Part shown: piece by piece, positions 10,757 to 20,863 of the stretch
Layout of the letters: the number at the start of each line of letters is the position of its first letter
Numbering within the stretch: the first letter of the stretch is position 1
From: a virus
Taxonomy: Duplodnaviria; Heunggongvirae; Uroviricota; Caudoviricetes
IMG/VR virus record: IMGVR_UViG_3300012347_000217
Span: 110,664-174,663 of that record
DNA: 64,000 nt
Reading direction: 5' to 3' (one strand)
The notes under the pieces: generated by a model
Told to the model about the DNA's origin: nothing
What the model saw: only the letters and a program-made list of their open reading frames with translations
Databases searched by the model: none
Made by a program: the position numbers and the translations under genes

Positions 10757-13700
10757 TACAGTTACCTTACTTAATTATGCTAACACCTTCGGTGATTGGG
10801 TAGTTACAACTAACGCACTAGCAGCGGAGAATAACGACTTTGCGGCTAATAACTTCACAAAACCGACAGGCACGTTCACAATTGATTCACCAGGAACCGG
10901 CCTGATTGTTGCTAACAACTCAGTTGTCCAAGGACAATTCACTGTTGCGGGTACAGGTTCTGGTGCCACAGTACAAAACGCACTGACTGTCCAAGGTCAA
11001 CTCTTTGCAACCAACTCCTCAGGTGTTGGTTTAGTCGTTTCGGGTGCAGCTAACATTGCCAACGTAAATATCATCGGTTCTGGTACAAGTTTGTATGTTG
11101 CAAACAACTCATTGCTATCAGGTAACCTTCGTGTAACTGGTGCTGTTGCACTATCAAATACACTGACAGTTTCTGGTACTGCCAACATGGCATCTGTTGT
11201 TGCTAACAGCTTTATCACCGCACCGACAGCATATGCAACAACTTCATATTCGAATTTGTTTATTGCAAACAACTCCATCAGTGCATCATATGGTGACGTT
11301 GTAAACTCATTCTACGCAGCAAACATTTTTGCTAACACTTCAGTACAGACACCGACAATGATTGTCACCGGTACTGCTAACGTGAATACACTTACAGCAA
11401 ACGTTGCTGTTAACACAACCTCTGTGTATGTGTCGTCAGTTGCTAACGTCAAGGCACTATTTGCCAACACAACAGTACAGACACCTTTGGTTCAAGCAGG
11501 AACTATCACTGCTAACACACAACTGAACGCATATAGCGCCAACGTTAGTGGTGTAATGTATGTGAATGCCGTTGCAGCAGAAACAATACATTCAAATTCG
11601 AACACATATATTGCTTCGGCAAATGCAAACAACCACATCACTGTGCCACGTTTGTATGTGTCTTCTGTTGCAAACGTACAAGCATTGTATGCAAACTCAT
11701 CTATCCAAGGTGATACAGGTACGTTCCGTGATATGACCATTAGTGGTAACTTTATCATTAACGGTGCAACAATCTATGACACAGACACCTTCACATTAAA
11801 AGGTGCTACACCATTAACTGGTACACAGAAGGCACAATACACTGTTAATCGTCAAGCTGGACTTTCAACATTTACACCTAACGCAGCCATCCAGTTCGAC
11901 AATTCTGATACGATGTGGAAGATCCGTGACCTTCCAGGTGCCGATGCAAACGTATATTACAATATCGTAACAGAGAAGTATACAGCGAACGTATCTCATG
12001 CAGGTATTGTTCAGTTGAGCAACTCAAATACTTCATTGGGTATCACTCAAGCTCTCTCTTTAGCTGGCGCAAACCAGTTGAGCCAATTCATTATCGCTAC
12101 TGCTCTCGGTGCAAACAACGTATTGTTGGCCAACGTTAACACAATCAATAGCTCGATTCAGGGTAACGTTAACACAATCAATACTACAACAACAAACATC
12201 GGTAACCAAGCAGATGCAGCATTCGCTCGTGCTAATGCTTCTGGTAACTTGTTTGTTGGTACAACAGGTTCAGCAGTACCAGTAAACGGAAACATCACAT
12301 ATTCAAGTAACAACGGTGTTGTAGTTTCAGGTCAAGGCAACACAGTCTACATTAATACACCACAAGATGTACGTACAACTGCTTCTCCAACATTCAATAG
12401 CTTGACATTGACCAATGCTTTGGCTGTTACTCAAGGTGGTACAGGTGCAACATCTACAGGTGCAGCGTTAACATCACTGTTACCAACAGGTACAACATCT
12501 GGATATGTTTTGACAACTGCTGGTCCAGGTTCATTCTATTGGGCTGCCGCAAGTTCAACAGGAGCAGCAGCTCCAGGAACAGTTATCTCCTCATCAAGAA
12601 CAACTGCAACTGCGACAGGCGGACAAACAGTGTTCCCGTGTTCAGTGTTCACGCCAGGTGCTTCACAAACCCGTTTGTATATCAACGGCGCTCGTCAGTT
12701 CGACTCAGAGTACACAGAAGGAACAACAACTCTTTCAACTGTGGCTATCACGGGAACTGCTGGTCAATTCTCATGTGCCTCAACAACACTATCAGTTGGA
12801 CAAGCTATTGTATTGACAGGAACATTAGGTACAGGTGCAATTTCCGGATACTATGGTGGTAGAGTATTCTATGTCATTGCAACCAACGGCACAACAACAT
12901 TCACACTTTCCACAAGTGCAGGTGGTACAGCAGTTGCTACAACAGTGGGTACAATTGGTTCATTGACACTGACCACTGGCCATAAAATCACTTTAGGTAC
13001 GGCTGCCACAGTTGGTGATATTGTTTTGGTTGAAGTTGATGGTTACTATTTGCAAACACAATATGCAAACACAACTCCATATCTACCTTCTGGTGATATT
13101 GCTGCATCATCAAACACAGTCCAATTGGCCATTGATTCATTAGAATCTAGAAAAGCCGCATTGGTCGGCGCAGCATTTACTGGTATCACAACAGGTTTCA
13201 CACATGCAGTTTCTGTTGCTAATACATCATTTGCTACAACAGCTTTTGTTGCCAACTTCGCCAACTCTGCTTACACAATTTCCGCAAATACAACAGGTAA
13301 TTCTGGCACAGTAACTAACGGTGTATATACCAACGGTTCATATTCTAATCCAGCATGGATCACATCTCTTGCCAACACAAAGATTTCTGGTGTAATGACT
13401 GCATCACAACTTGCTAGTACAGCAGTGACGGCAGGTGGATATGGTTCTGCATCTTCTGTTCCAACATACACTGTTGATGCACAAGGTCGATTGATAGCGG
13501 CAGCTAACGTGACTATCGCCATCGCATCAGGTGCTGTTTCTGGCCTCGCATCATCTGCGACAACAGACACGACAAGTGCCACCAACATCAGTTCAGGAAC
13601 ATTGGCGGCGGCAAGACTAGGCACAACAGGCGCTCCACAATTCGGTTCATTGGGTGTTGGCACTGCCGCATCCGGTACGACAGGTGAAATTCGTGCAACA

Positions 13701-14030
13701 AACAACATCACAGGTTACTATTCTTCTGATAAGAAATTTAAAGAAAATATTGCCGAGATTGAAAACGCACTAGATAAAGTAGACGCCATCGGTGGTAAAA
13801 CATTCGATTGGAAAGATGATTACATTGAAGAACATGGTGGTGAAGATGATTACTTCTTGAGAAAGAATGACTTCGGTGTTATCGCTCAAGATGTACAAGA
13901 ATCCTTCCCGTTGGCTGTACGTACTCGTCCAGATGGTTCACTTGCTGTTGATTATGAAAAGCTATGTGCATTGGCATTTGCTGCTATTAAAGAACTAAGA
14001 GCTGAAGTTACTGCACTAAAAGGAAAATAA
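10749..14030 (+). CDS. Tail fibre with C-terminal intramolecular chaperone (peptidase S74) domain
   Basis: 1093 aa. N-terminal NYANTFGDWVVTTN attachment-like motif; C-terminal YSSDKKFKENI...KTFDW...DFGVIAQDV...AVDYEKL S74 signature. Confidence 0.8.
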   Translation: MANTVTLLNYANTFGDWVVTTNALAAENNDFAANNFTKPTGTFTIDSPGTGLIVANNSVVQGQFTVAGTGSGATVQNALTVQGQLFATNSSGVGLVVSGAANIANVNIIGSGTSLYVANNSLLSGNLRVTGAVALSNTLTVSGTANMASVVANSFITAPTAYATTSYSNLFIANNSISASYGDVVNSFYAANIFANTSVQTPTMIVTGTANVNTLTANVAVNTTSVYVSSVANVKALFANTTVQTPLVQAGTITANTQLNAYSANVSGVMYVNAVAAETIHSNSNTYIASANANNHITVPRLYVSSVANVQALYANSSIQGDTGTFRDMTISGNFIINGATIYDTDTFTLKGATPLTGTQKAQYTVNRQAGLSTFTPNAAIQFDNSDTMWKIRDLPGADANVYYNIVTEKYTANVSHAGIVQLSNSNTSLGITQALSLAGANQLSQFIIATALGANNVLLANVNTINSSIQGNVNTINTTTTNIGNQADAAFARANASGNLFVGTTGSAVPVNGNITYSSNNGVVVSGQGNTVYINTPQDVRTTASPTFNSLTLTNALAVTQGGTGATSTGAALTSLLPTGTTSGYVLTTAGPGSFYWAAASSTGAAAPGTVISSSRTTATATGGQTVFPCSVFTPGASQTRLYINGARQFDSEYTEGTTTLSTVAITGTAGQFSCASTTLSVGQAIVLTGTLGTGAISGYYGGRVFYVIATNGTTTFTLSTSAGGTAVATTVGTIGSLTLTTGHKITLGTAATVGDIVLVEVDGYYLQTQYANTTPYLPSGDIAASSNTVQLAIDSLESRKAALVGAAFTGITTGFTHAVSVANTSFATTAFVANFANSAYTISANTTGNSGTVTNGVYTNGSYSNPAWITSLANTKISGVMTASQLASTAVTAGGYGSASSVPTYTVDAQGRLIAAANVTIAIASGAVSGLASSATTDTTSATNISSGTLAAARLGTTGAPQFGSLGVGTAASGTTGEIRATNNITGYYSSDKKFKENIAEIENALDKVDAIGGKTFDWKDDYIEEHGGEDDYFLRKNDFGVIAQDVQESFPLAVRTRPDGSLAVDYEKLCALAFAAIKELRAEVTALKGK

Positions 14031-14791
14031 TAAATGACAACGAAAATCACAGGTTCCGTATTAGCCAACACAGCAGTAACTGCGGGTGGATACGGATCTT
14101 CAACCACACATTCAACATTCACAGTCGATGCTCAAGGTAGAATTATTTCTGCGGCCAATGTAACACCTAGTATTGCCAACACACAGATTACTGGTGTAAT
14201 GACTGCATCACAACTTGCCAGTACAGCAGTCACTGCCAAAGGATACGGTACAGCAGCTTCGGTTCCAACATTCACAGTCGATGCTCAAGGTAGAATTACT
14301 GCGGCAGCTAACGTGTCTATCGCCATCGCATCAGGTGCCGTTTCTGGACTTGCTTCATCGGCAACAACAGATACGACAAGTGCCACCAACATTAGTTCGG
14401 GAACATTGGCAGCGGCAAGATTGGGTACAACAGGTGCTCCACAGCTTGGTTCTTTGGGTGTTGGCACTGCCGCATCTGGTACGACAGGTGAAATTCGTGC
14501 TACGAACGATATCACAGCGTTTTATACATCCGACAGAACATTCAAGGAAAATGTACACGATATCGAAGATGCTTTATCTAAAGTATTGTTTATTGGTGGT
14601 AAAACATTCGACTGGAAAGATGAGTACATTCAACAAAGGGGTGGTGCTGATGGTTATTTCGTAAGAAAGAATGACTTCGGTGTTATCGCTCAAGATGTAC
14701 AAGCAGTATTTCCACTGGCCGTGAGACAAAAAGAAGATGGAACCCTTGCGGTTGATTATGAAAAGCTATGTGCATTGGCATTTGGTGCTAT
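13369..14791 (+). repeat. 619-bp direct duplication (13369..13987 and 14173..14791, offset 804) of the fibre tip plus S74 domain
   Basis: Anchors at the start, middle and end all align at offset 804, implying no net indel. Exact shared tracts include 40 nt at 13860/14664 and 34 nt at 13947/14751. Confidence 0.85.
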
Positions 14792-14834
14792 CAGACAGCT
14801 AAATCAGAGGATCGAGAAGTTGGAATCCAAGTAA
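14034..14834 (+). CDS. Short tail-fibre protein with S74 chaperone domain (paralogue of the upstream fibre C-terminus)
   Basis: 266 aa with two GYG...TFTVDAQGRI repeats followed by FYTSDRTFKENV...FGVIAQDV...VDYEKL. Confidence 0.75.
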   Translation: MTTKITGSVLANTAVTAGGYGSSTTHSTFTVDAQGRIISAANVTPSIANTQITGVMTASQLASTAVTAKGYGTAASVPTFTVDAQGRITAAANVSIAIASGAVSGLASSATTDTTSATNISSGTLAAARLGTTGAPQLGSLGVGTAASGTTGEIRATNDITAFYTSDRTFKENVHDIEDALSKVLFIGGKTFDWKDEYIQQRGGADGYFVRKNDFGVIAQDVQAVFPLAVRQKEDGTLAVDYEKLCALAFGAIRQLNQRIEKLESK

Positions 14835-14852
14835 TTGTATTCTGAATTTCCC

Positions 14853-14877
14853 ACGACTTCTTCAAGAAGTCGTTTTT
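14853..14877 (+). terminator. Rho-independent terminator
   Basis: ACGACTTCT-TCA-AGAAGTCGT perfect stem followed by TTTT, directly after the 14034..14834 stop. Confidence 0.75.
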
Positions 14878-14890
14878 ACTTCCCAGTTGG

Positions 14891-14898
14891 CATAAATA
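14891..14898 (+). promoter_or_regulatory. Putative late promoter (CATAAATA)
   Basis: Intergenic, right after a terminator and about 27 nt before an ATG. Confidence 0.7.
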
Positions 14899-14924
14899 TA
14901 AGATAATCCATAAAAGAGAAAAAC

Positions 14925-15278
14925 ATGGCCGCAGGATATACAGAATTATTCTTAGAACAAGGTTCTACATTCAATACAATCATTACACTTGACGGTAATG
15001 ATGGTGAATCATTCAATCTTATTGGCTACACTGCGACCTCACAGATGAGAAAGTCGTTCTACTCATCCAATGCAGCGGCCACATTCAATGTGAGTACAGG
15101 AGACGGCGTAACTGGCTCAATCGTTATGAGCCTAGAGTCCGCAAACACAGCAAACATTGCTGCTGGAAGATACGTATATGATGTTTATGTTACTAGCGCC
15201 GCTGGATATAGATCCAGAGTGTTGGAAGGAATTGTGAATGTGTCACCTCAAGTAACTAAAACACCAGGTATGCTATAA
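14925..15278 (+). CDS. Small beta-sandwich virion protein (BppU-N-like)
   Basis: LEQGSTF...NLIGYTATSQMRK...GRYVYDV...RVLEGIVNVSP is a recurrent phage tail-associated domain. Confidence 0.6.
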   Translation: MAAGYTELFLEQGSTFNTIITLDGNDGESFNLIGYTATSQMRKSFYSSNAAATFNVSTGDGVTGSIVMSLESANTANIAAGRYVYDVYVTSAAGYRSRVLEGIVNVSPQVTKTPGML

Positions 15279-18200
15279 TGCCAAGTAATACAGAATTCGG
15301 ACAAATCTCAGTAAATGCGGTACGTGTATCGGTAAATGGTCAGAATCCTGCAAGGGTTCAGAGTGTTGGATATGTAGCACCTTACGATAGAGCGGACTCA
15401 GCCTATGTAAAAGCAAACAATTCCGGTGAGCAGGCGAATGCCGCTTATGCAACTGCTAATGCGGGTTATGCAACAGCGAACGCAGGCTATGCCCATGCCA
15501 ATGCTGCTTACGCCACAGCTAATACAAAATTCAATACTGCTGGTGGTACAATCACTGGCGATTTGGTCATTGGCGGTAACCTATCCGTCGAAGGTCTAAC
15601 ATTCTCAGCTAACATTCAGACATTGGTGATTGAAGATAACATCATTGTACTGAGTTCGAATGTATCTGGAACACCAACAGCCAATGCTGGTTTCGAAGTC
15701 AATCGTGGCAATCAACCAAACGTTAAGTTGATTTGGTCAGAAGTTGACACAGCATGGGAAATTACCAATGACGGTATCACCTATGAAAAATTAGGTAATG
15801 GCTCCTTTGCCAATGCTGCTTACGCCACGGCCAATGCTGCGTTCAATACTGCAAACACCAAGGTAAGCAAAGCTGGTGATACAATGTCAGGCCCACTGAC
15901 TATCACGATTCCAGAGGATGATGTTGACGGTCTTGCATTAATAGTATCCAATACTGGCGGCGAACAGGCACGTATCACTGCCAATGGTTATGCGCAGTTC
16001 AATGGTGAAGCTAACGTTTCTGGAAAATTAACTGTCGGTGGAACACAAACGGTTGAATTGGCAAACTTGATTGCACAGTTCACTGGTAATTCATCACAAT
16101 ACTCACAGGTCAACCAGCAAAACATTAATCCATTGGGTTCAGCCGACATGGTTGTTACTGCGGATAATGGTACAGACACATCAAACTATGTTGACATGGG
16201 TATTGCTGGTAGTCAATATGACAGCCAAGGTGTGAACGCTTGGCCATTCTTGTATCCTAATGACGGCTACTTCATGTTGCAGAGTACTGATGCGCAACAG
16301 TACGGTGCGAACGTGTTCTACGGCACATCAACATCATCCGAAACTGGTGACATTGTATTCATTCAAGGAAGTGATTACACCGAGATTGCCCGTTTCATCA
16401 GGGATCAAGGCTTCATTTTAAAGTCACAGATTCCAGCAACAAGCAATTCTAGTGGTGCTCTTATTGTTGAAGGTGGTATCGGTGCAAACGGTGCTATCTT
16501 TGCTGATTCTATCCATGATGGTGGTATCAGAATCATCAACGTAGCAGACTATGCGGCAGCCAAAGCAAATGCTGCGTTTGATGCTGCTAACACCAAGGTA
16601 AATAAAGCTGGTGATACGATGACAGGAACACTGGTTGTTCCAACAATCGAGGCTAACAATATCACAATGTCGGGTAACATTACACCGACAGCAGCAAATA
16701 CTTATTACTTAGGTTCACCAGAATTACCATGGCATACACTGTATGTTGGTCCTGGTTCTATCAACATTGATGGTATCGTACTGAGCAATACAAATGGTCA
16801 ACTTGAAATAACAACACCAAGTGGTACTTTCGACCTAACAGGTCTTAGCTATTCTGCATATGCAACTGCTAACGCAGGTTATGCTACAGCTAATGCTGGT
16901 TATGCAACGGCAAATGCTGCATACACATTGGCAAACTCAACAGTTACGAATGTAAACTCTATCGTTTCGGCTAACGTTGCCACATTACGTAGTGAGATTA
17001 CTTCTAATTCTGGCCATGCGAACTCGGTTATTAACACACGTGTATCAGCTAACGTAGCTACCTTGCGTGATGAAATCACGGGTAACGTAAATACTCTAAA
17101 TTCCAGCATAACCTCGAACGTATCAACACTGAATACTAGCATTATCAACAATGCAGAAGCAGCCAATTCAGTTATTAACACACGCATTTCTGCCAACGTG
17201 GCAACACTACGTGGCGAGATTACGGCTAACGCAGATTCAGCCAACTCGGTAATCAATACAAACATTTCAGCCAACGTAGCTACCTTGCGTAGCGAGATTA
17301 CTGCCAATGCGGCATCAGCTAATGCTGTAATTGATATCAATATCTCGGCTAACGTGGCGACCCTACGTGGTGAAATCTCCGCTAATGCTGTAAGTGCAAA
17401 CTCTGTTATTAATACACGCATTTCTGCCAACGTAGCCAACATCAACAGTTCTATTACTGCCAATGCAGTATCTGCCAACTCGGTAATTAATACCAATATC
17501 TCGGCCAATGTGGCAACCCTACGTGGTGAGATTACGGCTAACGCAGTATCTGCCAACTCGGTAATTAATACCAATATCTCGGCTAACGTTGCGACCCTAC
17601 GTGGTGAGATTACGGCTAACGCAGATTCAGCTAACTCAGTTATTAACACACGTGTTTCCGCTAACGTGGCTACCTTGCGTGGTGAAATCACAGCTAATGC
17701 CACATCTGCTAACTCTGTAATCAACACTAGAATTTCTTCTAACGTTGCTAACCTACGTGCAGAAGTAACCAGCAATATCACATCAGTCTTTGCACACGCT
17801 AATGCTGCTTACAATACGGCAAATACAAAATTCAATTCTGCTGGTGGTAGCATTTCTGGTGACGTTGTAATCAATGCTAACTTGACTGTTGTTGGTACAA
17901 CATTCTACAGCAATACCGAGAGCGTACTGGTCAAAGATAACATCATCACAGTTAATTCTAATGTGACTGGTGCACCAACTGCCAACGGTGGTCTGGAAGT
18001 TAATCGTGGTTCAGAACCAAATGCTGCTATCATCTGGTCAGAAGGTGATAAAGCTTGGGAAATCACAAGTGACGGTATCACCTATGAAAAATTGGGTAAT
18101 GGTTCATATGCAAATGCTGCGTATGCACATGCTAATGCTGCGTATGCACAAGGCAATACCACAATAACAAACACAAATGAGTATATCACAAACAACGTAT

Positions 18201-20848
18201 TGTCGATTTACACATCTGTAAATGCACTGTTATCGGCTAACGTTGAACTCATCAACGGTTACATCACTGCTAATGCGGCAACAGCTAACTTAGTAATCAA
18301 CTCTGTTGTTTCTGCCAACGTAGCAAACATCAATGGTTACATCACAGCCAACGCAGCCTCTGCCAACTCTGTAATCAACAGCAGAATCTCCGCTAACGTG
18401 GCTACTCTCCGTGGCGAGATTACAGCTAACGCAGATTCGGCTAACTCCGTTATCAATACTAGAGTTTCAGCCAACGTGGCTACTCTCCGTGGTGAGATTA
18501 CTGCCAATGCTGCATCGGCAAATGCTGTAATTAACTCTGTTGTTTCCGCTAACGTAGCAACCCTACGTGGTGAGATTACAGCCAATGCAGTCTCTGCCAA
18601 TTCAGTAATCAATTCGGTTGTTTCTGCTAACGTTGCCACAATCAATGCATCAATTACTGCTAATGCTGCAAGTGCTAACTCGGTTATCAATACCAACATC
18701 TCGGCTAACGTAGCAACACTACGTGGTGAGATTACTGCCAATGCTGCATCGGCAAATGCTGTAATTAACAGCAGAGTAACAGCAAACGTGGTGATGTTAC
18801 GTGACGAGATTGCTTCGAATGTTTCAACTCTCCGTGGTGAAATTACAGCCAACGCTACCTCTGCAAATGCATATACTGATTCCGTTGTTACATCTAATGT
18901 AATAACAATCAATGCAAACATTGCTGCCAACTCGCAGACAGATAGACAATATACTGACACACAAGTTACAGCCAATGCGGCTTCTGCTAACTCGGTAATC
19001 AATACTAGAATCTCTGCTAACGTTGCTACAATCAACGGTTCAATCACTACTAACGTAGCAACCCTACGTGGTGAGATTACTGCAAACACCAATACACTGA
19101 ATTCGTCTATTGCAGCAAACGTAGCGTCGATGAACACATACGTTAACAGTACCGTTACTGCTAACGTTAATATGCTTCGTTCAGAAATCTTATATAACGT
19201 AGCTACCTTAAGTAGTGAAATGACAACCAATGCAGCATCTACAAATGCATACACCAATTATGTAGTTTCTGCTAACGTTGCCACAATCAACGGCTACATC
19301 ACGGCCAATGCTGCATCGGCAAATGCAACAATTAATTCGGTTGTTTCATCTAACGTTGCTACTCTGCGTGGTGAAATCACGGCTAACGCAGCATCTGCTA
19401 ACTCGGTAATTGACACAAATGTTGCCACCTTACGTGGCGAGATTACTGCTAATGCGGCATCTGCCAATTCTGTTATCAATAGTCGCATCTCTGCTAACGT
19501 TGCTACAATCAACGGATCAATAACATCTAATGTAATAGCACTCAGTGGCTACATTTCATCCAACGTTTCAGCAATCAATGGTTCGATTACTACGAACACT
19601 GAAACTATCCGCCTGAATACGAACTCATATATCAAAGCAAACGTTGACACAATCAACTCATCAATAGCAGCAAACGTTGCGTCTATTAATGGTAGAATCA
19701 CCTCAAATGCTGTAAGTACAAATGCTTTTACTAGCCTAGCATTTACACAAGCCAATACTGCCAACGCAACGGCACAAGCATCTTTCGATGCAGCCAATAC
19801 GAAATTGAGTGCATCTGGTGGCACAGTATCAGGTGCTCTGAATATAACAGGCAACACATACACGAATGCGTTGTATGCAAACAACGACCTGAGAGTCGGT
19901 GCATCAAGTCTCTTCCACTATGACACATCGAACAACTTCTTGGGTGTTAACAAAGAAGCACCAGTCTATACACTAGACGTTAATGGTTCAGGCTTCTTTA
20001 CTGGAAACGTTGTTATTACTGGTAACTTGCAAGTTCAAGGTGGTTTCAGTACTATTGCCACTGCGAACCTAGACGTTGCCACTAACGTAATTACAATGAG
20101 TGCCGGTCTAACAACCGAAACTACACCAACATCGAACAACTCACTGGTTATCAACCGTGGTAACCAAACAAATACTTACATTCGTTGGTTGGAAAACGGT
20201 ATATCTGGTGGTGAGTGGTTGATTTCAGCCAATGGTAATACAGATGGTATTATCGTTAACACTGAAAACACATTTAAAGACTGGTCTTCTTATTCAGCAG
20301 CAAATGCCTATAAGAAATATGGACTTGCTATCGGTGGCACATTAGGTTGGAGCATTTCCAACCAAGCAAACTCTGCGTATGCTACAGGCAATGCTTCATA
20401 CTCAACCGCTAATGCTGGTTATGCTACGGCTAATGCAGGATACTTACACGCAAACGCTGCCTTTGCTATTGCGAACACTGCAACTACAAACATCGTAGTA
20501 TTAGATGATATTGGTAACCATTTTGACGGTATCGAAAGAACATTCGACCTACATTTGGACACCAATCCAGTAAATATTATTGCACCAGAACAATTACTTG
20601 TTCAAGTGAACGGTTTGGTGGTTTCACCATATATAAATACTACAGATGTGGTTTTCGCTTCTGGCTTCCAAGCATTTACTAAAGGATATACAGTTGCCAA
20701 TACAGGTGCAATATCACAAGTTACATTTGCATCGGCACCACAAACGAACATGGATTGTTTTGTTCGTGTATTGACACCAAACCAAACATCGGCAGCACAG
20801 ACAAAGAAATACCCCTTCAGTCCAATTTCTATAGTGACTGGTTATTAA
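15278..20848 (+). CDS. Long tail-fibre-like protein with heptad (ANAGYAT) and 26-residue coiled-coil repeats
   Basis: 1856 aa with repeated SANVATLRGEITANAxSANSVINT units and two to three copies of an ANTKF...GGTITG...EVNRG...IW module. Confidence 0.75.
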   Translation: MPSNTEFGQISVNAVRVSVNGQNPARVQSVGYVAPYDRADSAYVKANNSGEQANAAYATANAGYATANAGYAHANAAYATANTKFNTAGGTITGDLVIGGNLSVEGLTFSANIQTLVIEDNIIVLSSNVSGTPTANAGFEVNRGNQPNVKLIWSEVDTAWEITNDGITYEKLGNGSFANAAYATANAAFNTANTKVSKAGDTMSGPLTITIPEDDVDGLALIVSNTGGEQARITANGYAQFNGEANVSGKLTVGGTQTVELANLIAQFTGNSSQYSQVNQQNINPLGSADMVVTADNGTDTSNYVDMGIAGSQYDSQGVNAWPFLYPNDGYFMLQSTDAQQYGANVFYGTSTSSETGDIVFIQGSDYTEIARFIRDQGFILKSQIPATSNSSGALIVEGGIGANGAIFADSIHDGGIRIINVADYAAAKANAAFDAANTKVNKAGDTMTGTLVVPTIEANNITMSGNITPTAANTYYLGSPELPWHTLYVGPGSINIDGIVLSNTNGQLEITTPSGTFDLTGLSYSAYATANAGYATANAGYATANAAYTLANSTVTNVNSIVSANVATLRSEITSNSGHANSVINTRVSANVATLRDEITGNVNTLNSSITSNVSTLNTSIINNAEAANSVINTRISANVATLRGEITANADSANSVINTNISANVATLRSEITANAASANAVIDINISANVATLRGEISANAVSANSVINTRISANVANINSSITANAVSANSVINTNISANVATLRGEITANAVSANSVINTNISANVATLRGEITANADSANSVINTRVSANVATLRGEITANATSANSVINTRISSNVANLRAEVTSNITSVFAHANAAYNTANTKFNSAGGSISGDVVINANLTVVGTTFYSNTESVLVKDNIITVNSNVTGAPTANGGLEVNRGSEPNAAIIWSEGDKAWEITSDGITYEKLGNGSYANAAYAHANAAYAQGNTTITNTNEYITNNVLSIYTSVNALLSANVELINGYITANAATANLVINSVVSANVANINGYITANAASANSVINSRISANVATLRGEITANADSANSVINTRVSANVATLRGEITANAASANAVINSVVSANVATLRGEITANAVSANSVINSVVSANVATINASITANAASANSVINTNISANVATLRGEITANAASANAVINSRVTANVVMLRDEIASNVSTLRGEITANATSANAYTDSVVTSNVITINANIAANSQTDRQYTDTQVTANAASANSVINTRISANVATINGSITTNVATLRGEITANTNTLNSSIAANVASMNTYVNSTVTANVNMLRSEILYNVATLSSEMTTNAASTNAYTNYVVSANVATINGYITANAASANATINSVVSSNVATLRGEITANAASANSVIDTNVATLRGEITANAASANSVINSRISANVATINGSITSNVIALSGYISSNVSAINGSITTNTETIRLNTNSYIKANVDTINSSIAANVASINGRITSNAVSTNAFTSLAFTQANTANATAQASFDAANTKLSASGGTVSGALNITGNTYTNALYANNDLRVGASSLFHYDTSNNFLGVNKEAPVYTLDVNGSGFFTGNVVITGNLQVQGGFSTIATANLDVATNVITMSAGLTTETTPTSNNSLVINRGNQTNTYIRWLENGISGGEWLISANGNTDGIIVNTENTFKDWSSYSAANAYKKYGLAIGGTLGWSISNQANSAYATGNASYSTANAGYATANAGYLHANAAFAIANTATTNIVVLDDIGNHFDGIERTFDLHLDTNPVNIIAPEQLLVQVNGLVVSPYINTTDVVFASGFQAFTKGYTVANTGAISQVTFASAPQTNMDCFVRVLTPNQTSAAQTKKYPFSPISIVTGY
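16960..19690 (+). repeat. Degenerate 78-nt (26-codon) coding tandem repeats in two blocks (~16960-17770 and ~18230-19690)
   Basis: For example, tctgccaactcggtaattaataccaatatctcgg starts at both 17471 and 17549 (78-nt period). Confidence 0.85.
20632..20639 (+). promoter_or_regulatory. Putative late promoter (TATAAATA) inside the fibre gene 3' end
   Basis: Perfect T4 late consensus about 225 nt upstream of the next gene. Confidence 0.5.
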
Positions 20849-20863
20849 ATCGGAGATTAAAAC

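Noticed and set aside
13369-14791. Possible diversity-generating retroelement template/variable repeat pair
   Set aside because: Differences between the copies are not restricted to adenines and fall largely at synonymous positions. Both copies are coding, and no reverse transcriptase lies in the window.
16900-19884. Long minus-strand ORFs (293 aa, 306 aa and others) opposite the 26-residue-repeat fibre
   Set aside because: They are shadow ORFs of a low-complexity repeat with RNY codon bias. The translations are the antisense pattern (ITELA..ALAVISPRRVATLAE), with no SD or independent protein features.
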